From positions 200,322,001 through 200,386,000 of the forward strand of contig OX597814.1 of assembly GCA_951406725.2 (NCBI GenBank): DNA of 64,000 bases. Reading direction: 5' to 3'. Below, piece by piece: positions 1 through 13,847 of this stretch (positions within the stretch are counted from its first letter, which is position 1; each line of letters opens with the position of its first letter). Under the pieces are notes generated by a model. It made no database searches. It was not told the origin of the DNA and saw only the letters and a program-made list of their open reading frames with translations. This DNA comes from Octopus vulgaris. Its lineage: Eukaryota. The position numbers and the translations under genes were made by a program.

Positions 1-1242
1 TTGAATAATTAAAAAAAGAGTTTTATTTGTAATAATTTTATTGACGTGAAAACTTCCAGCCCTATAGCTCAGGTTCCAATATTACTAATATTACGATTAG
101 TGTTTATTTTAATTAACCTCCCTAAACGATATATTTTTTTTGTTTTTTGATTCTGTTTTGCTCTAATATTTTGTGGCCAAATTTCTTAATGGTAAACAAA
201 ATGATGTAAAAAAAAAAAAAACACTGGTAACAGTACTGAAAAATAATAATTAAAAAAAAAATGTTTAATCAGTTTGAATCCACAAGTTGGTGTTAATTCT
301 CTGAGTATAGAAGTATTGACAACACTCTGCTTACCAAAGTGACAACAATATTTTCTGCTGCTTTAATCTATAATAATTTAAAAACAAAACAAAAAAAATC
401 AATGCCTCATGCGCATCAATATTTCTTTTGCGTGGCTGTGTGTGTCTATGGATGTGAATGCATATGTGTGTATAACAAACAAAAAGAACTGAAATAAAAT
501 TTAAAAAAAAAGACAAAACAAAATCAACAACAACAAATGTCTGTAATTATCATTCATGTTTCTTTGGGTTTTTTTTTAATGGTCTTCTTTGTGATATTCA
601 AATTTGAGAAAATATTTTCTGTGCACTCTGAACACATCCTCCTATAGTCTGATAAGTGAACGACAGGAGGGATATAACATGCATGGCACATAAACTGTAC
701 TAAAAACGGTACACATTACATATATAATGCATGAGATCATTTAATTATATATTTTGCACCACATCAATCTAAGCATTGTTCTTTTTCACATAGAATATTA
801 TTATTATTATATTATTATTATTATTAGTATTATTATAGATATACTTTCAATATTGAAAAATTGAAGTTTGACAATTTGATCAGCAATATTGTTATTTATT
901 ATTTTAAAACTTGTTCTTCGAAACAAAAAACTTGACATTATTATTATTATTATTAGATTGTTTATTCTATTCAATTTCCCACCAAAGTTCTTTATATATC
1001 TTCTACTGAACACTTCAATAATAATGATAATAATAATAATAACAACAATAATAATAATAGCCAAAGAAAGGCCTTCTTCCACCACTTCTTAAACATAAAT
1101 TAGAATACTTGAGATTTGCTATCAACTACATACTTTCTGTCTATTTTTTTAACTTGATATTTACCTTAAAAAAAAAACAACAAAAAAAAAAGAAATGCAA
1201 TTTGACAATATTTGTACCCACTAAGAACATTTATCAAAGTTT

Positions 1243-1509
1243 ATATATATATAAACACACATTTAGATACATGTACATCTATATATATATATACACACAC
1301 ACATACATACATACATTTATATGTATGTATAAGTATGTATATATATCTATATGTATGTATATATATGTATGTATGTGTATATATATATGTGTATATATAT
1401 ATATGTGTATATATATGTATGTGTATATATATATATATGTATGTGTATATATATGTATGTATATATATATATATGTATATATATATATGTATGTATATAT
1501 ATATGTATG

Positions 1510-1545
<36 letters not shown>

Positions 1546-1951
1546 TGTATGTATATATGTATGTATGTATATATGTATGTATATATATATATATATGTAT
1601 GTATATATATATATATGTATGGATATATATATATGCATATATATATGTATGTATATGTATATATAATTATATGTGTATAAATATATATACATATAATTAT
1701 ATACATATATATACATATATATATGTATATAATTATATGTATATATATATATATATGTATATAATTATATGTATATATATATGTATATATATATATGAAT
1801 ATACTTATATGTATATATATGTATGTATATAATTATATGTATATATATGTATATAATTATATATATGTATATAATTATATGTATATATATATATGTATAT
1901 GTGTGAGTACACATACATATACAGACACACACACACACAGTTATACACACA
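1243..1951. repeat. Compound (TA)n/(TATG)n/(CA)n microsatellite tract
   Basis: About 700 bp made almost entirely of TA, TATG and TACA units. It explains the Y/I/M/C/V/H-rich ORFs on both strands. Confidence 0.97.
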
Positions 1952-4260
1952 CTAATACCCTTGCTTCACGATTGGTGTGTTAAATGTCTATTACTTTTTG
2001 TGGACATTGAAAATCTTTAAAAAGAGATTAAATTCTTTTCTGCCCCACTTTTCTCTGCCTATCAAATGTTGCTAATATGTTGTTGCAGCCTCTTTAATTG
2101 TGAGATTCTGCAATGTTGTTTATCCTTGCCACTTGTGACTGGGTCTTCTTTTTCCATCTTATCATCTCTGTTCTTTTAATGGCCATCAGGGATATTTCAG
2201 TACAGCATCTATATATATGGTATTGAGGTTTTATCAAGAAGGGCATATAACAATCAAACGAAGAGAAAAAAAAAAAGATACTCATAGATATATATGAGAG
2301 TATGTGTATGTAAGTATATATGCATGAATAAGTGTGCATTTATATACATATTTATTCATATGTATGTATGTTGGAACTAGGCTGTCACTCCTACATTATA
2401 GTTTCAAGAGTGTATGTGAAATTGATGCATGATTATATAAATGTTGTTTTCATTTTAATAAATACATTATGGAAGAGCTGTTACATAAAATCAAATTTAA
2501 GGTACCATGCTTAGATTTCAGTTTAAATAAAAAAAAAATTTTCTTTTTTAGATATCATTTGCTACATTTTCTATTTGTTTTTGGTAGAATGGAATTTTAG
2601 CATTCCTTAATAGAAATTAACGCAACCAATTGTGAGTTACGGCCTTCGGTTCATCTACTTTTGGCCCAGATTCTATAAACTAAGACTTATATATATTTCT
2701 GAACAAACAAGTGTAAAGTAAACTATCTTTCTATTTTCTGTAATTTCTAATCTGCAAGTATATTTGTTAATCATCATATGCTAATTATTTTCATTATACT
2801 GATAAATGGTTTTGAAAAAATTTTAATATGAAAGAATGTATAAAATGGATTAAAATATTACACAAATAGTCCACACATGCATTAAAGTATTTCCAAAGAG
2901 AATGTATGTTAATGTACATATATATGCATTATGCTTTCTCATGCTTTCTTACAAAGAAATTACATATATATATATATACATACATATATATATATATATA
3001 AAGATACAATATGAAAAACTGTGTATATACTATACTGTAGAGTTTACTGAAATGTATAGAATAATATATGAAATTCTATTGATTACTTTCTTGAAAATTG
3101 GTCAAATTACCAAGCTCTTTATTTAGATGAACAGATGCATAAGAGCCTATGTAATAATCAGAGCTTTAACCTAGTTTACTTGATGGAAATTTTTCTAAGA
3201 TGCGAGAAAACAGGAGTAGTTACTCTCATTCTGGCAAAGAAATTGTACATTTTTCTGTAAATACATTTCACAAATCTGTTATTTCATCTTTTTTTTTTTT
3301 TTTTTTCCTTTCTTTCAAATATCACTACAAACATTATTCCACACATTCATGACCGATGAAGAAAAAAATTAAATCCGCAATGTATATTGCTCCTTTTAAT
3401 AACATGTTATTCTTGAAGGATCTCATTGTCTTTGTCATTTATATTATTGCATTTAGCAGAAATCAAGTTGTTATTAAACAATCTCTCACTTTCTCCCCTC
3501 GGCCCCACCTCCTTCTCTATTTAAGCTATAAGGGCATTTATTATAACTTACTCTCGAAGCTACATGTATAACAACTAACCTTGCATTTTATATATTTTTA
3601 AAATTAGCAAAGCTAGTTTTCGATTGTGTGGTTGTTGAAACTACATCAAAATATTCTTTTCATATATTCAACATGAATGTTAGTTCATGCTAATTCTAAA
3701 CAATCAAAAATGGTTTGGATCTGAAATTCATTGAATATACTTTTCTTCTTTACAAATTAACTAAACAAAAAAAAATACATCACCTTGTAATCTTTTTATA
3801 CCATTTTTTTAATAGAAAATTCTATATTTTCTACTCTATGGTTTTTTTTAATCAAAATCTGTAGAAACACTATTAGTATATTTTCTGACAAGATACCTAT
3901 AACCCAATGTATATAATAAGAACATTAAAATTTTAAATGCTCTAGTGTTCAAAAAACAAGACCGAAATAGGAAGATAACATTAGGATTCTGTTACAAAAC
4001 TTAAAATTAATTAAAACTTTCCAAACACATCTTTTCACTAAAGCAGTTCTGTTCTCTTAATGAAAAATATGAACGGATATATGTGTGTGTAAGTATGTAT
4101 GTACACACACACACACGTATATATCTATGGTAGTGATTCTGAGTAAGAATATATAAGCATATGTTTTGTATGGATAATGATGGTTGTATAAAGGAGTGAG
4201 AAGGGAGACAAAGGAAGACGTGGTATATGGTAGTGAAGATTGGTATGTGTATTCGTGATC

Positions 4261-4306
<46 letters not shown>

Positions 4307-4324
4307 ATATACCCACATAATTAT

Positions 4325-4533
4325 CCTTAACATTTTAACATCAACTTTTCCATGCTTTCTTGGGTTGAATGGGAATTGTTGAGGTAGATTTTCTTTGGGT
4401 AGATACCATTCCTGTTGCCAACCTCCATGCTAGGTAAAATTTTCCCATGGCCAGACATGTTTTCATGACAGATTGAAACAAACAACAACGCATTTATAAC
4501 AGTGATGCTCCTTTACAACTATCATACAATGAC
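4325..4533 (-). mobile_element. Degenerate retroposon 3' fragment, related to the RTE 3'-end family
   Basis: Contains gataccattcctgttgccaacc and ccatgct..gggttg, as in the reverse complement of the (GAT)n-tailed family. A second copy lies at ~54118-54325. Confidence 0.5.
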
Positions 4534-4568
4534 ATATATATAAATGTACACACACGCACACACTGATA

Positions 4569-4618
<50 letters not shown>

Positions 4619-4941
4619 TTATATATACACACATACATACACACAAACAACAGAATAACAGTATATTAAATGCCATGCAAGGTAAATTCACCATTTACTG
4701 AAATCATTTCCACTTCCAGAGAAAGTAGAACAACCCATTGATGGTAACTGGGACAAACTGCACATGAAAGGCGGAGATAATTGTAAGACTGAAGAATTCT
4801 CAAAACTTGACATGTCATTAACACTAAGACAATCTTATTGTCAGGATTAATGAAGGCAATTTTGGACATGTTTCAGCTTCAGTAGGTAGCATTAGCACAG
4901 CAGGTGCACTAGCTTGTATCTAGCAAAACTGAGATACTTAA

Positions 4942-5160
4942 CCCTTTAGTATTTAAACCGGCCATATCTGGCCAAAATAGTTAATCTGTTTTATGTTCAA
5001 ACTGAACAGATCCAGGCTCTCACACCTACCCTACAATGTTATTCTACATTAAGTAATTACACCATAAAGATTTTGAAGATATGAGATAATGCATGATTAA
5101 TTCAAATCAATGGGAATCAATAAGCATTATGTTTGATAGAATAATCTGAATGCTAAAGGG
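4942..5160. mobile_element. piggyBac-type MITE (219 bp)
   Basis: TTAA|CCCTTTAGTATT ... AATGCTAAAGGG|TTAT gives terminal inverted repeats starting CCC next to TTAA. The same right end with an intact TTAA recurs at ~61842-61888. Confidence 0.75.
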
Positions 5161-5166
5161 TTATGT

Positions 5167-5500
5167 GAAGGCGCATGGCTCAGTGGTTAGAGCGTTGACC
5201 TTACGATCGTGAGGTTGTGAGCTCGAATCCCGGACCGGGCTGCATGTTGTTTTCTTGAGCAAGACACTTTATTTCACGTTGCTCCAGTTCACTCAGCTGT
5301 AGAAATGAGTTGCAACGTCACAAGTGCCAAGCTGTATCGGCCTTTGCCTTTCCCTTGGATAACACTGGTGGCGTGGAGAGGGGAGGCCGGTATGCATGGG
5401 CGACTGTTGGTTTTCCATAAACAACCATGCCCAGACTTGTGACTAGGAGGGTAACTTTCTAGGTGCAATCCCATGGTCAGTGTCATGACCGAAGGGGGTC
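5167..5500 (+). mobile_element. tRNA(Arg-like)-derived CORE-SINE (OR2-like)
   Basis: A box tggctcagtgg, ACG in the anticodon-like loop, B box gctcgaatccc, then cttgagcaagacactt...cagttcactcagctgtagaaatg, which matches the MIR/CORE domain. A second copy is at 41804-42133. Confidence 0.8.
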
Positions 5501-5802
5501 CTGGATTCCGGAAAGGGTTAAACAAGCTCATTATCATAATATACAAAACTAAGTAGATCCAATGATTTTTTTTTTCCCCAGCCAATCAGATTATCTTTTC
5601 TTATTTTAAACGGTACGGTACGTTAGTTTTAGAGAATATTTGATTCTTAAGATTATCACCCCTTTTCATTTGGGATTGGTCCCAAATGCCACTGAGCAAT
5701 TATTCTATCTTCTTTGGAAGCAGGGATAATTGCAATAAATACATCATGGTCATTCTGACTTATCTCTCTCTTAGCATATTTCCATTTCATTTATGCATAT
5801 GC

Positions 5803-6191
5803 TCTTATTTTTTACTCGCTTCAGTAATTTGACTGTGGGCATGTTGGAGCACCGCCTTTAGTCGGACAAATCGATCCCAGGACTTATTCTTTGCAAGCCT
5901 AGTACTTAGTCTATTGGTCTCTTTTGCCGAACAGCTAAGTTACGGGGACATACACACACCAGCATTGGTTGTCAAGCGATGGTGGGGGGACAAACACAGA
6001 CACACAAATATATACACACATACAAATATATATATATATGACGAGCTTCTTTCAGTTTCCATCTACCAAATCCACTCACGAGACTTTGGTTGGCCTGAGT
6101 CTATAGTAGAAGACACTTGCCCAAGTGGTACTGAACCTGGAACCACGTGGTTGGTAAGCAAGCTACTTACCACACAGCCAATCTTGCGCCT
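5803..6191 (-). mobile_element. tRNA-derived SINE, family A (internal TA/CA microsatellite)
   Basis: Reverse complement of the ~390-bp family present about 12 times in the window (tggctgtgtggtaag...ggttcagtccc...cagtcaaatgactgaaacaagtaaaaga). Confidence 0.9.
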
Positions 6192-6325
6192 AGGAATATA
6201 TATATAAATAATATAGATGTGTGTGTACGCATGAGTGTGTGTTTATATGTACAATATATACCCACACACACACACATGTATGTATATTATACACTCATAT
6301 ACATGTATATACATATGCACATACA

Positions 6326-6386
<61 letters not shown>

Positions 6387-6648
6387 GTACATATATATAA
6401 ATGTATGTAAATATATACATGTGCATGTATTTGAATGCAGGCCTTGTAATATGCAAATTAGTAGCATATGTGTATAAGCATATTGGTTACTTATTTCTCT
6501 GGGATTGGTCAGGTGATGTAGACAATTTTGGTGAGAACCCTATAAGGATCAAAATTCAATGAAGATTTTTTCATCATTGTTTCAGTATTATGGAGAAATG
6601 AGTAAATATGAGTTTTTTGCATCTCTACTACATTGGTTCACATACATT

Positions 6649-6697
<49 letters not shown>

Positions 6698-6985
6698 TCA
6701 TACACACATGTGTAAATTGTAGTGTGTGTATATATATATATACATATGTATCTACGGGCACATTAACATAATGTTGTTATTTGAGCCCTCAGCTCTGTAT
6801 TGTTTTGTTTTTTTACCTTTTGGTCCTTGACAAGGCACTTCATTTTGCATTTCTTTGGTTTTCTCACCTGAAATTAGTATCAACCAAGAGCTAACATAAT
6901 TCACTTTCCCTCCAACTGTACAAGATGTTTTATATATAGATGGTCCCGCCCATGCCGGCATGGAAGACAAACATCAAATGATGAT

Positions 6986-7046
<61 letters not shown>

Positions 7047-7467
7047 CCAGTATTTGGTCAGTGACTATTATCATTTCATAATAATAACTTTTAAAAATAA
7101 TAAATCTTACAATTGTTACAATCATGACTTCCAAGATTGAATGACTTGGTAGCATGTACCTTGCTTTTGCTAATTGCTTTAGGTGCCTATGTAATCTCAA
7201 ATAAATATAGACAGCCTCCCCGGTCTCCACAGCACTAGCCCAGCAGAATGTCAAGGAGGAGGAGAAAACTGCAACACTCAATCGTTACCCCCGCCCCTTT
7301 TTTTTTTTTTTAAAACCTCAGTGGCCTGAAACAATGTGAAATGTAGTTCAGTGCTCAAGGACACATCGTGTTGCCCAAACCAGTAGTCAAACTCACAAGC
7401 TTACAACCTTCAATCAAACATCCTAACTTCTAGTCTACACACTTCACTCTGAAATATATAAAACAAT

Positions 7468-7509
<42 letters not shown>

Positions 7510-9513
7510 TAAACTATATAAAAAAAATCAAAATAGCAAACATAGTATTGAAAAATGTATAAAAACAAAATTACAACAAAATAAAATCTTTAATATATCA
7601 TTTAAATGCTAAAAGTACTTTTGAATCACCCTGTGTATAAATACACACACACACAAGCTATTTTAATAAAAAATATTTTAAAAAATGAACTCTCTTGGAT
7701 TAGCTGCTTAAAATTTATATTTGGTATGATTCCAAACTGATAATTCTTTAAAAACAGAATCCACTACAACAATAAGTTTATAAAAAAACAACCCCGTTTT
7801 CTTCAGTACATAAATCTATTCTGTCACTCTTCATTGCTGTTGTTGTTGTAGCTTAAAATCATCAACAAATATTAAAAATATATAGAAAACTGCATAATGC
7901 TAAGGTTTTCTATTAATACGATATAGAACTGCTGCTAACTAAATGGAATCATTAGATGTATGAATGTGTGCATGTGTATACACATATATAGTTTGTCCAC
8001 AGATACAGAATTATAAATCTGTGCATTTTATTTACTGTTTCTTTATCTCAAAATGTGCATCTTCTGTTAATGCCATGAGATTAGAGTGCAAAGGTGAGAG
8101 TGTGTACACATTTGTGTGTGTGTGTATATGTTGTTGTTTTGATAGAATTCTTTTTTTTCTTTTTAACAGAGTTTCAGGAAATAATTCGTTTCAGGAGCAA
8201 AATTTTAGGGAACAATTTTAACTTTAATAATAGTAAGTTAAAAGTAATGTTCCAGACACTAGGTACACAAATATCAAATAAATGTAGTTCATCAGAGCTG
8301 AAAGAAAAACAAAACCTTTGTATCAAAAGGATTTAAGATGAAACAACATATAATTGATCCAACCATTTCTTAACATAATTTAAGAGATCAGTTTTCTTCC
8401 TGCTCAAATATTTAAAATTGTTCAGAAAATAAATGCATTCACACAGGCTGTGCTGTTGTTGCTTATCCCCAGAGCAGCCTTGGTTATGCAGGACTACATC
8501 ATCCAATGTGTCATTCCTGTTTTAAGATGGTAGGTTTAAGTTGATAGAGTGTGGCTGCTATTTTTAGCAGACCCAAAAATCACGTAGGGGCTCTCTTTGG
8601 TTCATGTTTCTAAGTGAGCCAAAGTGAAATCTAAGCCTGTAATTGTTGTCGGGACTCGGGAATTATTTTTAAAACAAAAATGTTAATCTCTACAGCCGAA
8701 ATTATTAAACTTCAAACCAGCCACACTACATGATGATCAATTTAATGCTTTCATTATTTTCATGAAGTGATGGTATAAAACTTCGAACATACAGTTAAAA
8801 AGAATCTAGCAAAAAATTACTTCAATTACATAACAAAACGGACATAATTTTGTATAAAATGAAAACTATGAAAATCTTAAGAATATTTTTTTTTGTAAGT
8901 TAATTATTAAGATGCTCAGGATTTTAGGCTTGAATGTAAGAATGTTTGCATGTGATTGCAAAAGTGCAAGTCTGCCAGAGCTATATATGTAAAGAAATTT
9001 GATTTTATTAAATCATAAAACATTCCCTGCTGATCTTTTCTATTCATTGGCTCATCTGTATGACAAATGACTTGGCATGCTTTTTATCCTTCACCAAGAT
9101 ATTAGAAATTTTGGAAATTATTGTTTTGTGTTCCTTTAACATGACCTAATATACTTAACTTTATCCCTCATTAAATAAAAAAAAAAAAGAAAAGAAGAAA
9201 AAAAAAACTATTAAAACTCTCAAAAAAGCTTGCTAAAAGGTTTTTTGAAGAGGGCAACATTTTGTAGCTCTTAATGCTTCTGGAGATTTCTATTGGTGTT
9301 TGGTTTACTTAACTTCAATTCGCATTCTACAAACAAATATTCATCTTTATTAATTTAGTTTCAAGCAATGAAGTCAGAAAAAAAAAATTTTCTTTTCCTG
9401 ATTTAAGTCAATAAAATCATCTTTGTAAGCTTACTATGATTTAATATTTACTAATATTTATTCCTATTAACAACAACAACACAATTGTTTCAAATAAAGT
9501 TTCTCTTTAACTT

Positions 9514-9563
<50 letters not shown>

Positions 9564-12500
9564 AAAAAATGATTTATACAATATATATTTTTTTTTAATT
9601 ATCCCTACAATTTAAAGCTATCAAAGAAACAAGTATCTTTCTGTTGGGGCAGATGAGAAAGTTGGGTTCTTTTTAAAATTTGTTTACTTTCAATTCATTA
9701 TGATACGAAATTTTGATTGCTTAATGAGGAATTCCTTTCTCATGGTAAACCCGTGAGCTTTATTTAATATTTTCAGTTAACTCATCAAAACTACCAGACA
9801 TACCACTTAAAAAAGAGAAAATAAGTATTTTTGAGTTCAAATGAATTAATGACACATAACAGAGTTAGTCATTCATAATTTCAATTTTGTTAAATGTATT
9901 TTCTATCAAAGATATCTCAGTATCAACATTAACAAATGAAACGAGTTTTAATGTTTTTAAATAGCTTTAACTTATATAAAAGTTTTAGTTTTGTCACATT
10001 TTTAAAGTTATCTCTTTGAACAAATACAATAATGTACATTATTTTCATTTTATAAAATGTCACTGGTATATGAGAATTTGTCGTTTAACGTAACACAAAA
10101 TTCTTGTAAACCACTGAGATTCTAAAATAAAAGACAAATACAGAAAAATCATCCTTAGCATCCTTTTATGATTTCAGTTATTTTGTTATGGTTAAAATTT
10201 TATTTCCCCCAAAATTTCTTTTCTCTGAATCCAATTTAAATCTCATTCTTGGGATTTCTCTGTGATAGATTGTCAAATAAAAACAGATTGAAACCGTATG
10301 CAACATCTTGTGATAGGTTATATATTATTCTGATAATGTTATGTACAGATTATGTAATGTTGTTGCTGCAGATTGAACTATAATCAATAGACTTACTGAC
10401 CAGGTTTCTATTTAACACCCTGGTTCCTTGTAACTCAAACACTCAAAATATATATAAAATGTTATGTTTGATGTCAGATTTTTTTTTCCTTGTTAATAAA
10501 ATATTTTCAAAATCTTTCATTTGAATTCCGTTTAAATGACTTTGAGTATGTATTAACATATATATTAAAAATTCCATAAAGGATAGAAAAGTGCTGGTGT
10601 ATAGGTGAGGACTTTTAAATGTAAATAACTCATGTTGAAACACTTTCTCAGTTTGAATATACAATATGATAAGCTTAATAACAAGATTGTGGTTTCGATA
10701 TTGGTCTTACTTTGGTTTCTCGTTTTCTTACTGTGTGTCATATTTTGAAGACAAATCAAGAATACCAAAGTGTGTCCTACCAATATGCAAGTTTATCTTC
10801 AACGACAGAATTATTTGTGAAAAGATAATTGCTGGAACTTAGGTTCGTTACAGATATTTAAATTGATTTCCAAAACTGCTTTCTCTCTTCAGTTGGTTAA
10901 TAAAGTTTTACTGACTAAAAATGTTTACAAATTTAATGTACACTTGGTACTGAGGAGGACAGAATTGTATTTATATATATATATATATGCAGAGAGAGAG
11001 AGAAAGAATAGAAATAAAAGTGAAAGAGAGGAAGCATTATTTAGATATTGTCATTGTTCTTTGAGTTACTAAGAAGAGTCTAAAATTATTTGATTATATC
11101 AGAATCCTTGTTTTCTCTTTTTCCTAAGCATGTTACTGAAATCTACCAGAGAATCAGTTATTAGGGAAGCAAGAACACTGGATTATTAGTCGGAAATACG
11201 ATGGATGGATTTAGAAATTCAAGTTTTATTGAAGATTGTGTCAGTATTGTCGTCATAAACCCGTGTTCTGTTATGAAATAATCAGCTTAAACCTCAATGA
11301 TAGACACCAGCTTATGAGAGTTTATACACTCACATTTACTTGCAGACATACAGAAATATCTTTGTTCAGCTGTGTGTGTGTTGTAAAGAAAATAATGTAT
11401 TGTGTATCCACACGCCTCCTCTACAGACTGGTTCGGTACTGTATAATGTAGGATGAATGATCAATATCTAACTTATGTAACTCAATTGATCAATCCTGTC
11501 TCTCTTCAAAATTTGTTCTGACAAATGCAAAACAGAATTTCTAGTTGTTTATAAATATTAAAATGGAGCAACAACATATTATAGCAAGAAGGTTAGGAGT
11601 TTCGTTTTAACTTTAACAGTTTACAGTGACTAGTTCAAAATGAACAGAGGTTCTGTGTAGTCACTTGATCTAATAGAAATAACAACAACATAACACTCCA
11701 CACCATCTTAATGTAATGAAATGGCAGTCGTTAGAGTGTCAGCTTAATGTCTTGTCTAATATTTGTCCCGGATCTCTGTGCTCCCAGTTCAAATCAGACC
11801 AAGTTCAACTTTGCCTGACATTTTTTCAGGGTCAATTAAAAGGAAAAGTATTTGAGAAAAAAAAAACAAAAAAAAAAGGAAAAGAAAGGTACCAATCCAG
11901 GGTGGTAGATTTGCAGAAGGATAAGAATGTTGAACCGGGTGCTTTGCAGTATTTGTTTCAGCTCTTTGGATTTTAAGTTCAAATCAAATCATAGTCTACT
12001 TAGGTGGTAGACTTCATTTATTACTTGGTTTAACGCCACTAAAAATACCCATGTACTAGATGGAGGCGACTATTCTGTTGCAAGCATTTGAACCAGGTTC
12101 CTAGTTTAAGGATACTACCCCATCACACAAACACACACTCACTCACTACTCTCAGAGAACCTACCAGAGAACCTTGATTAAAAGATAAAAGAAAATGTAG
12201 TCTGAAATTAGGCAGGATGGTCATGATTGGAACACCTTTCATCATACATTCGCTAATCAAGGCTGATCTGGGTCATAAACAACATATTCCCAATATTCAT
12301 TGGTAAAAGTTTCTTTTGATGCATTTAATTTATTTTTGTCTTGATTAATGATGCAACCTAATAGAGGGCTGTATTATCAGCACTCAGACCTCAAATCTTC
12401 AAACTCTCAGCACCTTTATATAAACTAAAGAAACACTCTTCTATTTTACAACACTGCTGCTGCTTACACCAACGAGTTATGTTGCAGAGTAAAACCTGTA

Positions 12501-12862
12501 GGTAGTAACATAATACAAATCCCTCACTTTGTGTTGTTGGCTATGCTTGGTGGCCATATCCTTTAGATTATTAAGTCTTTTATTATGAACAAAATACATT
12601 TTCTTTGTTCAATATTTTCCTATTAACATTCTATCTTCACCTAAATCTAGCCTTTAATTTCTGGGGTCAAAGTATTACTACTGCTCTAATGGACAATAAG
12701 AGACATGTTTCCCTCACTTAAAGTAAAACGGACAAAGAATAAAATTACTTCAAATATTTCATCGTCACATTCAACATGCTTTATTCACCTGTTGTAAAGT
12801 AGCTGTATAAATTCTAACCTAGATTTCTTTTCACAGTAACATCTATTAGTGTTTTGTTTTTT

Positions 12863-13229
12863 CTCTTTTACTCGTTTCAGTCATTTGACTGCAGCCATGC
12901 TGGAACACCACCTTTATTTGAGCAAACTGACCCCAGGACTTATTCTTTGGAAGCCTAGTTCTTATTCTATCAATCTCTTTTGCCGAATGGCTAAGTTACA
13001 GGGACGTAAACACTAAACACACCAGCATCGGTTGTCAAGTGATTTTGGAGGGACAAACACAGACACACAAACATATACACACACATACATACGTATATAT
13101 ATATACGACAGGTTTCTTTCAGTTTCCGTCTACTAAATAGAAGATACTTGCCCAAGGTGCCATGCAGTGGGAATGAACTCGAAACCATGTGGTTGGTAAG
13201 CAAGCTACATATCACACTGCCACTCCTAC
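12863..13229 (-). mobile_element. SINE family A
   Basis: Same family, with an internal deletion. Confidence 0.9.
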
Positions 13230-13847
13230 TCATACGCTAATTACTTTTGGCAGCAAATTAGTTTCACCTCTAATTCCTAGGAATATATTCAAAAGAAAGA
13301 CAAAATTAGAAAGATAGTTTCAGTCATTCTGTATCTCTCACAATACCTAAGACTTCAAGAGGTGCAATTGTAGTTGGGTTGCAGTAATATCAGTACACAA
13401 TATAGTTTACAATACATAGAAGAAGTCAGCCAATATCTCTAAATAAAAGCTATTTACCCCATGCTGCAACATCCACAAAACAATTCATGAACAAACTAAA
13501 GCATGCCTTAAAGCATTGTTGGCAGAGAAATAGAATAATTAATTGAGGAAGTGAGGATGTGTAACAGTTTAATTAAGTTTAGACTAACCACAAGTAACAC
13601 AACAGCAAGTTAACTCTGCATATACAAAACAATGAAGACTGACAGAGAAGTTAAATGGTTGCTTATATGAAGATTTCTTGCAGACTGCCACAACAGTGAA
13701 TGGTGGTAACCTTATAAACACAGCTGGTTATTTAAATGATATTGTAGCAACACCATGTTAGATTTTTCAGCATACATTGGGGTTTGTGGATATGGTCCAC
13801 AGAATGCAGAAGAATCAAGGAACCTGGAATCCTTTTGACACAAAAAG

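Noticed and set aside
1109-1983. Long ORFs up to 206 aa rich in Y/I/M/C/V/H
   Set aside because: They are translations of TA/TATG microsatellite, open on both strands, with no domain.
2094-2210. Possible terminal exon on the minus strand
   Set aside because: The acceptor lies in a TA tract without a pyrimidine run, the frame is ambiguous and there is no homology.
5167-5240. tRNA-Arg gene
   Set aside because: It has A/B boxes but no acceptor stem or terminator, and it continues into a SINE body repeated at 41804.
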